Positions 19,549 to 27,992 of a stretch of DNA of 64,000 bases are shown in pieces. Within the stretch, counting starts at the first letter, position 1, and the number at the start of each line of letters is the position of its first letter. The translations under genes and the position numbers were made by a program. This DNA is from an uncultured delta proteobacterium. GTDB lineage: Bacteria > Myxococcota > Myxococcia > Myxococcales > Anaeromyxobacteraceae. The stretch is taken from positions 65,976 through 129,975 of the forward strand of contig CAWBAO010000001.1 in the NCBI GenBank assembly GCA_963786945.1, given 5' to 3'. The notes under the pieces are model-generated. The model saw only the letters and a list, made by a program, of their open reading frames with translations, had not been told where the DNA came from and made no database searches.

Positions 19549-21915
19549 CTACCCGACCTTCACGGAGAAGTCGGCGCCTTCCCAGCGCCCCGCCTCCGGC
19601 CAGAAGAAGGTGAACGTCACCTCGAAGCCTGCGGCCAGCGCCTCGGTGGGCAGGTCGGCGACGTGCACCCCGAGCCCGGTGGCGCGGGTCGGGAGATCGC
19701 GGACCGTCCTCCAGCCGTCCACGCTCCAGTGCGCCAGGGCCGGGGCCAGGGTCTCCAGCCGCAGCGTCCGGCCCGCGGGCATCTGGCGGATCTTGTGGTT
19801 GAAGCGCCAGGCCACGTGGCTCGAACGGGTCCCGCGCCTCACGTAGCGCTCCAGGGGCTGCGGCGGCGTGTCGAAGACCGCCCCGTCCGCCAGCGAGCGC
19901 ACCAGCTTCAGGTGCTCGGCGTGGGCCCACACCAGCGGCATGGCCGAGCCGGCCGGGCGGCCGAAGAAGAGCTCCCGCCCGGGGATGTCGGCCGAGTCCC
20001 AGGACTGCTCGGGCAGGAGGCCGCCCTCGCCGGCCAGCGCCTCCATGGTGGCGAGGAGCCGCTCGGCCTCGGCCCGGTCGCCCGCGGCGAGGGCGTGCAT
20101 GGCCCGCTCCCCGGTGAGCAGCGGCCAGGCCCGGCCGATCCCGGTGCCGTCGAAGGGGCTGCCGTCCTCGTGCTCGCCGTAGCCGTCGCCGTTGTAGCGG
20201 TGCCAGGACGGGCCGACGGGCGTCTCGACCCGGAGCAGCGCGTCGATGGCCCGGACCGTGTTGCGCACCCGCGGATCGGCGGCGGAGCGCAGGCCGAAGC
20301 GGACCAGCGCCAGCGCGTCGGCGCTCACGATGGCGTCCGACCGGCCCACCGCCTCGGCGAGCGGGCGGTTCTTCAGCGCCACGGCCTGGTCGCCCTCCTC
20401 GACGCCCGCCGGGGCGATGCGCACGTAGTAGCCGTCGACGCCGACCCGGCGGGCCAGCTCGGTGCCCTGCACGTAGAGCCAGCGCTCGATGCGGTCGTTC
20501 CAGGCGTCGGCGGTCTCGCGCAGGTAGGGGGCCAGCCCCGGCTCACCGGCCAGCTCCGCGAGGTCGGCGGCGGCCAGCAGCGCCGCGATCTCGGCCGCCA
20601 GCGTGAAGGGCGTGTACCCGCCGTCCTCCTCCCAGCGGTCCTGCTGGGTGACCGGGCCGTTGCGCACCAGGTAGGAGGCCGCCCGCCGGACCATGGGCCA
20701 GAAGCCCCGCGCCGAGAGGTCGCCCTCCCGGAGCGCCCCCTCGCGCCGCGCCAGGTCGACGAGGAGGATGGGCAGCGCGGTCTCGTCCATCTGCACGCCC
20801 TCCCAGTAGGGGCGCCCCTCGGCCCACATGTTCTGCGGCCAGTGGCCGTCCTGGTCCTGGGTGGCCGCCAGGTAGACCAGGGCCTCCCGCGCCTCCGCCC
20901 TGGCCCCGGCCGCGAGGAAGCCCCCGGCCGCCTCGACCATGTCGCGCGGCCAGACCAGGTGGTAGCCGCCCAGGTCGCCGTCCCCCTTGGAGAAGCCCCA
21001 CGGCACCGCCAGGCTCGCCAGGATGGCCCCGGGGAGGCGCTTCGACTGGTGGACCTTCACCACCATGGCGCTGGTGGCGAAGCGCGGCCGGTCGGGGAAC
21101 GGCCGCAGGCCCTCGTGCCACCTCAGCCAGGGGCCGGTGTAGGCGTCGAGGAGCGCGTCGAAGCCCTCGGCGAGCGCCGCCCGCGCCTGGTGCGCCGCCT
21201 CCTCGGGGCTGCGCCCCCAGGCGAGCGCCAGGACCAGCTCCCCGCCGCGGGTCTCCAGCTCGCCCGAGAGCGCCACGTTGCCGTCCCGGGCGCTGTCGAA
21301 GCGCTCGCGGAGCTCGCCGTCGCGCAGGAGCTCGTGCCACCCGTCCGACGACCCGACGAAGCCCGCCGAGCGCGCCCGGAAGCCGGTGCTGCTCAGCAGG
21401 CACAGGGCCTGGCCATCCCGCGACGCGAACAGCGCCGGCTCGCCCCTGGCGTCCCCCACCCACCCGCTGTTGCCGGCGCCGTGGTTGTCGAGGTGCGGCG
21501 CCAGCAGGGCGAAGACCCGGTAGTCCTCGAGCCGCCCGCGCAGCGGCGTGAACCGGATCCGCTGGAGCACCACCGGCCGCTGCGGGTCGGCGATGATCTC
21601 CTTCTCGATGCGGTACCTCCCCTGGGTGCAGGTGTTGGTGAGCCGGTAGGCCGGGACCCCGGGCCGGGGGCAGGTGATCTCGTGGGTGGCGTGGCGCTTC
21701 TCCTCCGAGAAGAAGCCCCCCGGCGCGGTCACCACCAGCCCCAGGTCGCGCGTGGCCGCCTGGTCCATGCGCGGCGCGTAGACCTCGTTGAGGATCCCGT
21801 GCGAGATGGTGAACCAGATGGCGCTCCCGCCGAGCGCGGTGCCGACGCCGCTCTTGCTCGCCGAGGTCCAGCGCGCGGGGATTCCAGGCCAGCCGGGGGC
21901 GGGGCGCTCGTCCAT
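19549..21915 (-). CDS. GH15 glucoamylase / glucodextranase-like glycoside hydrolase
   Basis: This is the in-frame tail of ORF 19549..22338. It has an N-terminal beta-sandwich plus an (alpha/alpha)6 region (LVWPRD, WEE..G.T.FT). The ATG at 21915 is preceded by AGGAG, 8 nt after the SDR stop. Confidence 0.92.
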   Translation of the reverse strand: MDERPAPGWPGIPARWTSASKSGVGTALGGSAIWFTISHGILNEVYAPRMDQAATRDLGLVVTAPGGFFSEEKRHATHEITCPRPGVPAYRLTNTCTQGRYRIEKEIIADPQRPVVLQRIRFTPLRGRLEDYRVFALLAPHLDNHGAGNSGWVGDARGEPALFASRDGQALCLLSSTGFRARSAGFVGSSDGWHELLRDGELRERFDSARDGNVALSGELETRGGELVLALAWGRSPEEAAHQARAALAEGFDALLDAYTGPWLRWHEGLRPFPDRPRFATSAMVVKVHQSKRLPGAILASLAVPWGFSKGDGDLGGYHLVWPRDMVEAAGGFLAAGARAEAREALVYLAATQDQDGHWPQNMWAEGRPYWEGVQMDETALPILLVDLARREGALREGDLSARGFWPMVRRAASYLVRNGPVTQQDRWEEDGGYTPFTLAAEIAALLAAADLAELAGEPGLAPYLRETADAWNDRIERWLYVQGTELARRVGVDGYYVRIAPAGVEEGDQAVALKNRPLAEAVGRSDAIVSADALALVRFGLRSAADPRVRNTVRAIDALLRVETPVGPSWHRYNGDGYGEHEDGSPFDGTGIGRAWPLLTGERAMHALAAGDRAEAERLLATMEALAGEGGLLPEQSWDSADIPGRELFFGRPAGSAMPLVWAHAEHLKLVRSLADGAVFDTPPQPLERYVRRGTRSSHVAWRFNHKIRQMPAGRTLRLETLAPALAHWSVDGWRTVRDLPTRATGLGVHVADLPTEALAAGFEVTFTFFWPEAGRWEGADFSVKVG

Positions 21916-21923
21916 GGTGGCTC

Positions 21924-22706
21924 CTACCCGCCGTGCGCGAAGTCGGGGTAGTCGGTCATGGCGCCGTCCGCGTAGACGGTGCTGCCGGTCAGGTAGGAGG
22001 CCGCGTCGGAGACCAGGAAGGTGGCCACCCGCGCGATCTCGTCGGGCTCGCCCATCCGGCCCAGCGGGATCTTGGTCAGCAGGTCCGCCAGGCTGGCGGG
22101 ATCGCTCCAGACCGCCCGGTTGATGGGGGTGCGGATGGCCCCGGGCGCCAGGGCGAGCACGCGCACCCCGAAGGGCGCCGCCTCCTGGGCCATGGTCTTG
22201 GTCAGCATGGAGAGGCCGGCCTTGGACGCCGCGTAGGCGCCGTACCCGCCCCAGGCGATCTTCTCGTGGACCGAGGTCAGGTTGAGGACGACGCCGCGGC
22301 GCTGCGCCACCATGCGCTTCAGCGCCTCGCGCGCGCACAGGAAGCCACCCACCAGGTTGACGTGGAGCACCCGCGCCCAGGCCTCCGGCCCGGCCTCCCA
22401 GGTGAGCGCCCGCGGGCCGTCGATGCCGGCGTTGTTGACGAGGGCGTCGAGCCCCCCCCAGGCCTGGTCGATGGCCGCGAACATCCGGCTCACCTGGCCG
22501 GCGTCCGAGACGTCGGCCTGGAGCGCCATGGCCTCGCCGCCGGCCCGGCGGATCCCCGCCGCGACCTCCTCGGCCGCCTCGGGCTGCACCACGTAGTTGA
22601 CGCAGACCCGGGCCCCGGCGGCCGCGAGGCCGGTGGCGATGCTCGCCCCGATCCCCGAGTTGGCGCCCGTCACCAGCGCCCGCATGCCCTTGATGGAGAT
22701 CTCCAC
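21924..22706 (-). CDS. SDR-family oxidoreductase (glucose 1-dehydrogenase-like)
   Basis: It has TGANSGIG, NNAG and the YAASK catalytic motif. Confidence 0.92.
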   Translation of the reverse strand: MEISIKGMRALVTGANSGIGASIATGLAAAGARVCVNYVVQPEAAEEVAAGIRRAGGEAMALQADVSDAGQVSRMFAAIDQAWGGLDALVNNAGIDGPRALTWEAGPEAWARVLHVNLVGGFLCAREALKRMVAQRRGVVLNLTSVHEKIAWGGYGAYAASKAGLSMLTKTMAQEAAPFGVRVLALAPGAIRTPINRAVWSDPASLADLLTKIPLGRMGEPDEIARVATFLVSDAASYLTGSTVYADGAMTDYPDFAHGG

Positions 22707-22808
22707 GTTGCCTCCCTCACGTCGGTGCCGTTCATCCCGGTGATGCGCCAGGCCAGGGGGCCCACCACGGTCGAGCCCCCTGGCCCGTCACGCGCGTGCC
22801 GCCTCCTT

Positions 22809-23450
22809 TCACGGCCGCGCCGTCTTCTCCCGTTGCTCGTCGGCGCTGACCTGGGCGGTGATGTCGCGGGGCGTCCCGCCCGGGTGGAGCCCGGCGCGGC
22901 GGTTCTGCTGCCAGCACGCCTCGTCGTGCTGGGCGCAGATGGGCAGCTCCTTCCCGTAGGTGACCAGCTCGAGCCGCTGCGCCGGGACGCCCAGCTCCTG
23001 CAGGTAGGTGCTCACCGCGGCGGCGCGCCGCTGGCCGAGCGCCAGGTTGTACTCGACGGTGCCGCGCTCGTCGGCGTTGCCGGTGATGAGCACGTGGGCC
23101 GGCTGGTTGGCCCGGATGCAGCGGGCCGCCCGCTGCAGCAGCGTGAACTCGTCCGGGTGGATGACGGCCTCGTCGAAGTCGAAGTGGACCCGGGTCAGGC
23201 CGCAGGCGGCCAGGGACGGGGTGATGGCGGTGCAGGCCCCGTCGGTGCAGAGCTGGTCGCTGGTGCACTCCATGTCAGTCGCGCAGCTGACCTTGAGGGC
23301 GGGGGCCGGTGGCGTGGGCGCGGGCGGCGCGGCCACGGCCACCGGGGACGGGGGCGGTGCGGGGGCCTCGGCCTGGACCACCGGCTTCTGGTGGGCGCAG
23401 GCGGTGACGGAGGTGGCGGCGAGCACGGCGACGGCGAGCTTCCTGAACAT
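22809..23450 (-). CDS. OmpA/Pal-family peptidoglycan-associated lipoprotein with Pro-rich linker and Cys-rich insert
   Basis: It has a lipobox (VTAC) and a PAPPPSP linker. A CATDMECTSDQLCTDGAC segment precedes the OmpA-C motifs (GNADERGT.EYN..LGQRRA). Confidence 0.85.
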   Translation of the reverse strand: MFRKLAVAVLAATSVTACAHQKPVVQAEAPAPPPSPVAVAAPPAPTPPAPALKVSCATDMECTSDQLCTDGACTAITPSLAACGLTRVHFDFDEAVIHPDEFTLLQRAARCIRANQPAHVLITGNADERGTVEYNLALGQRRAAAVSTYLQELGVPAQRLELVTYGKELPICAQHDEACWQQNRRAGLHPGGTPRDITAQVSADEQREKTARP

Positions 23451-23497
23451 GTCGATCTCCCTTCGGTGTGATGGTTCGATACGGCGTTCCTGCTGCG

Positions 23498-24952
23498 TCA
23501 GCCGAGCGCCACGGGGACGAAGATCCGCACCTCGCCGCGCTGGACCAGGATGGCCACCTGCTTGCCCGCCTTGGCCACCAGCGAGCGGAGCTGCTCGACC
23601 CCGGTGACCGGCGTCCCGCTCACCGAGAGCACCACGTCACCGGGCTGGATGCCGGCCCGCGCCGCGGGTCCGCTCACGCCCTCGACCACCACGCCGCCCT
23701 TGATGTCGGCCTGGCGCTCCTCCTCGGGCGTGATGGGCCGGACCGTGACCCCCAGCCGGCCGTGCTGCGCCGGGCCGTCGGCGCTCGCCACCTGGGCGTC
23801 CTTCGACTCGCCGACCACCACGGCGATCTCCTGGTGGTGACCCTTGCGCCACACGTCCAGGTCGGCGCGGGCACCGGGCTTGATGTCGGCGACCCGCTGC
23901 GGCAGGTCGGACGAGGTGGTGATCGCCTGGCCGTCCAGCGAGAGGATCACGTCACCCGGCTGCAGGCCCGCCCTGGCCGCCGGGCTGCCGTCCTCCACCG
24001 AGCTCACCAGCGCGCCCGATGGCCCGGGCAGGCCGAAGGACTGGGCCAGGGCCTGGTTCACGTCCTGGATGGTCACGCCCATCCTCCCCCGGGTCACCTT
24101 GCCGTGGGCCAGCAGCTGCCCCTCCACCTTCATGGCCACGTCGATGGGGATGGCGAAGGAGAGCCCCATGTACCCACCGGACTGGGAGTAGATCTGCGAG
24201 TTGATGCCGATGACCTCCCCCGCCAGGTTGAAGAGCGGGCCGCCGGAGTTGCCGGGGTTGACGGCCACGTCGGTCTGCAGGAAGGGCACGTACCCCTCGT
24301 TGGGCAGCGAGCGCGCCCGGGCCGAGACGATCCCGGCGGTGGCGGTGTTCTCGAAGCCGAAGGGGGCGCCGATGGCCAGCACCCACTCGCCGACCTTGGT
24401 GCGGGCCGGGTCTCCCAGCTTCACGGTGGGGAGCCCCTTGGCGTCGATGCGCAGCACCGCCACGTCGGTGGCCTTGTCGAGGCCGACCACCCTGGCCGGG
24501 AACTCCCGCCAATCGGTGAGCTTGACCGTGATCTCGGTGGCGTCGGCCACCACGTGGGCGTTGGTGAGGATGACGCCGTCGGCGCCGACGATGAAGCCCG
24601 AGCCGAGCCCGCGCATGGGGACGCTCCCCTGCGGATGCGGGCCGCCGAAGTGCTGGAAGAACTTCCAGAAGGGGTCGTCGGGGTCGGCCTGGCCGAACGA
24701 CGGGCCCTGGAACTCCGCCTTCTTCATGCCCGACGTGCTGACGTTGACCACGGCGGGGCCGTACTGCTTGACGATGGCGCTGAAGTCCGGAAGCGACATG
24801 GTGGCGGCCACGGCGGGCGTGGCGGCGGCGGGCGCCGTGGGCTCGGCGGCCTGGGCGCGCCAGGCGATGGGGCGGCCGGCGACGGCGACTCCGGCCACCA
24901 CCATCACCAGGGTGGCCACGACGACTGCTGCGAGCCGGGTGTACTTGGACAT
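23498..24952 (-). CDS. DegP/DegQ (HtrA)-family periplasmic serine protease with two PDZ domains
   Basis: It has TNAHVV, D.AVL and GNSGGPL catalytic-triad motifs plus two PDZ-like segments. Confidence 0.95.
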   Translation of the reverse strand: MSKYTRLAAVVVATLVMVVAGVAVAGRPIAWRAQAAEPTAPAAATPAVAATMSLPDFSAIVKQYGPAVVNVSTSGMKKAEFQGPSFGQADPDDPFWKFFQHFGGPHPQGSVPMRGLGSGFIVGADGVILTNAHVVADATEITVKLTDWREFPARVVGLDKATDVAVLRIDAKGLPTVKLGDPARTKVGEWVLAIGAPFGFENTATAGIVSARARSLPNEGYVPFLQTDVAVNPGNSGGPLFNLAGEVIGINSQIYSQSGGYMGLSFAIPIDVAMKVEGQLLAHGKVTRGRMGVTIQDVNQALAQSFGLPGPSGALVSSVEDGSPAARAGLQPGDVILSLDGQAITTSSDLPQRVADIKPGARADLDVWRKGHHQEIAVVVGESKDAQVASADGPAQHGRLGVTVRPITPEEERQADIKGGVVVEGVSGPAARAGIQPGDVVLSVSGTPVTGVEQLRSLVAKAGKQVAILVQRGEVRIFVPVALG

Positions 24953-25032
24953 GTTGGGCTCCTTGCGGTTCCGGGCTGGGCTCGATGCCCACCCCTCGCA
25001 CTGAGCCCTACGCGCGGCGCCTTAAGGGAGTC

Positions 25033-26382
25033 TTAGGACGGGCCGTCCCGGTTGGGTGCCGGCGCTGTCGCCCCGACGTCGGGGGGGAACCGGACCCGCG
25101 CCGCCAGGCCGCCGCCGGGGGCGTCGCCGAGCGTCACCTCGGCGCCGTGTCGCCGGGCGATGGCCTGGACGATGGCCAGCCCCAGCCCCGTGCCCGGCTC
25201 CCCGGTCCCCTCGCGCCGGTAGAAGCGGTCGAAGACGCGCTGGCGCTCCTCCACCGGGATGCCACCCCCGGAGTCGGCGACCTCGAGGTAGGGGCGGTCC
25301 CCGTCGAGGCCGGCGGAGACGTCCACCCGCCCGCCGCGCGGCGTGTAGCGGATGGCGTTGTCCACGAGGTTGGCGAGCAGCGTGCGGAGCGCGTCGGCGT
25401 CGCCCTCGACCTGGGCCCGGCCGTCCACCGTGGTGGCGCCGAGATCGATCCCCTTCCCCTCGGCGAGGACCGCGTGGTCGGCCACCGCCGCCCCGACCAG
25501 CTCGCCGAGCGGGACCCGGCCCGCGGCCGGCGCCGGCGGCGTGCCGGGCTCGAGGCGCGCCAGGGTGAGGAGCTGCTGCACCAGGTGGGTGGCCCGCTCC
25601 AGCCCCGCCGCCACCTCGCCCAGCGCCGCGGCGCGCTGCGCCTCGCCGCCGGCCCGCTCGGCGAGCTGCACCTGGAGCTTCAGCGCCGCCAGCGGCGTGC
25701 GCAGCTGGTGGGCCGCGTCGGCCACGAAGGCCCGCTGCGCCTCCAGGGCCGAGCGGAGCCGGCCCAGCAGGCCGTTCAGGGAGCGCACCAGCGGCGCCAC
25801 CTCGGCGGGGGCGCCCTCCGCGTCGAAGGGCTCGAGCGCGGCGGGGGTGCGCGCCTCGGCGGCCCGGGCCAGCCGGTCGAGCGGCGCGAGCCCGCGCCCC
25901 ACCAGCCACCAGACCAGCAGCGCCAGCAGCGGGAGCAGGACCAGCAGCGGCGACAGGGTCCGCGAGGCGGCCGCGAAGGCCAGCCGATCCCGCACCGCGA
26001 GCGGCTGCGCCACCTGGATCACCAGGCTGCCGAGCGCGGCCGAGTAGACGCGCCAGGGGCCGGAGCCGGTCGCCACCGTGGCGAAGCCCAGCTCGGCCAC
26101 CTCCGGGAGGCCGGATCCCGGGCGCGACAGGTAGAGCCGCTGCCCGTCCACCCCCCAGACCTGGATGACGAAGTCGAAGCCCTGGCCGGCGTCGCCCATC
26201 TCGCCGGCGGCCCGATCCCAGGCCTGGTCCCGCAGGGAGAGCGCGATCTGGCGGAGGTGGTAGTCGAAGATCTGGTCGATGCCGCTGCGGGCCTGGCGAT
26301 AGGTGGCCAGCCCTCCCACCAGCGTGACCAGGGTGACGCCGCCCAGCAGCGCCCACACCAGCGCGCGGCGCAGCGACCTCAC
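25033..26382 (-). CDS. two-component sensor histidine kinase
   Basis: It has an H-box (FVADAAHQLRTPL) and N/G boxes (NAIRYT, DSGGGIP, GTGLGLAIV). The GTG at 26382 overlaps the response-regulator stop (GTGA). The track ATG at 26430 would overlap by 52 nt. Confidence 0.9.
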   Translation of the reverse strand: MRSLRRALVWALLGGVTLVTLVGGLATYRQARSGIDQIFDYHLRQIALSLRDQAWDRAAGEMGDAGQGFDFVIQVWGVDGQRLYLSRPGSGLPEVAELGFATVATGSGPWRVYSAALGSLVIQVAQPLAVRDRLAFAAASRTLSPLLVLLPLLALLVWWLVGRGLAPLDRLARAAEARTPAALEPFDAEGAPAEVAPLVRSLNGLLGRLRSALEAQRAFVADAAHQLRTPLAALKLQVQLAERAGGEAQRAAALGEVAAGLERATHLVQQLLTLARLEPGTPPAPAAGRVPLGELVGAAVADHAVLAEGKGIDLGATTVDGRAQVEGDADALRTLLANLVDNAIRYTPRGGRVDVSAGLDGDRPYLEVADSGGGIPVEERQRVFDRFYRREGTGEPGTGLGLAIVQAIARRHGAEVTLGDAPGGGLAARVRFPPDVGATAPAPNRDGPS

Positions 26383-27041
26383 GGCTGCCTCGGGACGACG
26401 TAGCCGACGCCGCGCAGGGTCTTGATCCACTCCGGGCCGAGCTTCTTCCGCAGGGCGTGGACGTGCACCTCCACCGCGTTGCTCTCCACCTGCTCGGACC
26501 CGCCGTAGAGCCGCTCCTCCAGGCGGGTGCGGGAGAGCGGCCGGCCCGGGTGCTCGAGCAGGGCCTGCAGGAGCGCGAACTCGCGCGCCGAGAGCGCCAC
26601 CGGGCTCCCGTCGAGGCGGACCTCGTGCGCGGCCGGGTCGAGCACCAGCCGACCGTGCTCGATGGCCGGCGCCGCCCGGCCCGCCCGGCGCCGCTGCAGC
26701 GCCCGGATCCGCGCCGCCAGCTCGTCGAGGTCGAAGGGCTTGGTCAGGTAGTCGTCGGCGCCGGCGTCCAGCCCGGCCACGCGGTCGGCGACGGCGTCCT
26801 GGGCGGTGAGCACCAGCACCGGCACCTGGGCGCCCCGGCGCCGCAGGTCACGCAGCACCTCCAGCCCGCCCTTGCGCGGCAGCCCGAGGTCGAGCAGCAC
26901 CGCCTCGTACGGCTCGCCGGCGAGGGCCTCCTCGGCGGCGGGCCCGTCCTTCACCCAGTCCACCGCGTGCCCCTGCTGGCGGAGGGCGCGTTCGACCGTG
27001 GCGCCGAGCATGCGGTCGTCTTCGACGAGGAGCAGCCTCAT
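26379..27041 (-). CDS. OmpR-family response regulator
   Basis: It has a receiver domain (LLVEDD...LLDLGLP...LTA) and a winged-helix C-terminus (LRGVGY). Confidence 0.95.
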   Translation of the reverse strand: MRLLLVEDDRMLGATVERALRQQGHAVDWVKDGPAAEEALAGEPYEAVLLDLGLPRKGGLEVLRDLRRRGAQVPVLVLTAQDAVADRVAGLDAGADDYLTKPFDLDELAARIRALQRRRAGRAAPAIEHGRLVLDPAAHEVRLDGSPVALSAREFALLQALLEHPGRPLSRTRLEERLYGGSEQVESNAVEVHVHALRKKLGPEWIKTLRGVGYVVPRQP

Positions 27042-27182
27042 GGAGGTGGTGAGGATGATAGCGCGATCGGCGCCGCCGCCGCGCCTCGTCGGGGGCGCCC
27101 CGCTTGATGCCGGCAGCGCGTCCCGCCTCGTCGTATGGGGTGGTCGGCCGCAGGCCGGTGCACGTCACCCGAGGAGCGGAGC

Positions 27183-27992
27183 ATGAGACCGTATCGTGTC
27201 ACCCACCACATCAGCCTCCGCAAGTACGACCCGCGCGACACCGGCGGCTACCAGGCCCGGGAGCAGGCGGCGGAGCGCACCGAGCAGCTGCGGCAGAAGC
27301 TCGACGCGCTCCAGGAGCGGCTCTACGCGGAGGGCCGCCGCTCGGTCCTGGTCGTCCTGCAGGGCATCGACACCGCCGGCAAGGACGGGACCATCCGGCA
27401 CGTCATGAGCGGCGTCAACCCGCAGGGCTGCGTGGTCACCTCCTTCAAGCCGCCCACCCCCCTGGAGGCGTCGCACGACTTCCTGTGGCGCGTCCACGCC
27501 GCCTGCCCGCCGCGCGGCTACATCGGCATCTTCAACCGCTCCCACTACGAGGACGTGCTCGTCACCCGGGTCCACGGCACCATCACCGACCGCGAGGCCC
27601 ACCGCCGCCTGGACGAGATCCGGGAGTTCGAGCAGCTGCTCACCGAGCAGGGCACCCGCATCCTGAAGTTCTTCCTCCACGTCTCCCGGGAGGAGCAGCG
27701 GGAGCGGCTGCTGGCCCGGCTCGACGACCCCGCCAAGCGCTGGAAGTTCAGCCCGCAGGACCTGCGGGAGCGGGGCTACTGGAAGGCCTACCAGTCGGCC
27801 TTCGAGAAGGCCCTCGCCGCCACCAGCACCGACGCCGCCCCCTGGTACGTGGTCCCGGCCGATCACAAGTGGTACCGGGACCTGGTGGTGGCCGGCCACC
27901 TGGTGCGGGCCCTCGAGGAGATGGATCCCCGTCCGCCCACGCCGGCCGGGATGGACTGGAAGAAGCTGCGCCGGCGCCTCGAGGAGGCCTAG
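27183..27992 (+). CDS. ppk2: polyphosphate kinase 2 family protein
   Basis: It has a GIDTAGKDG Walker-A-type motif, FNRSHYEDV and PWYVVPAD.KWYR. The ATG at 27183 follows GAGGAG. Confidence 0.92.
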   Translation: MRPYRVTHHISLRKYDPRDTGGYQAREQAAERTEQLRQKLDALQERLYAEGRRSVLVVLQGIDTAGKDGTIRHVMSGVNPQGCVVTSFKPPTPLEASHDFLWRVHAACPPRGYIGIFNRSHYEDVLVTRVHGTITDREAHRRLDEIREFEQLLTEQGTRILKFFLHVSREEQRERLLARLDDPAKRWKFSPQDLRERGYWKAYQSAFEKALAATSTDAAPWYVVPADHKWYRDLVVAGHLVRALEEMDPRPPTPAGMDWKKLRRRLEEA

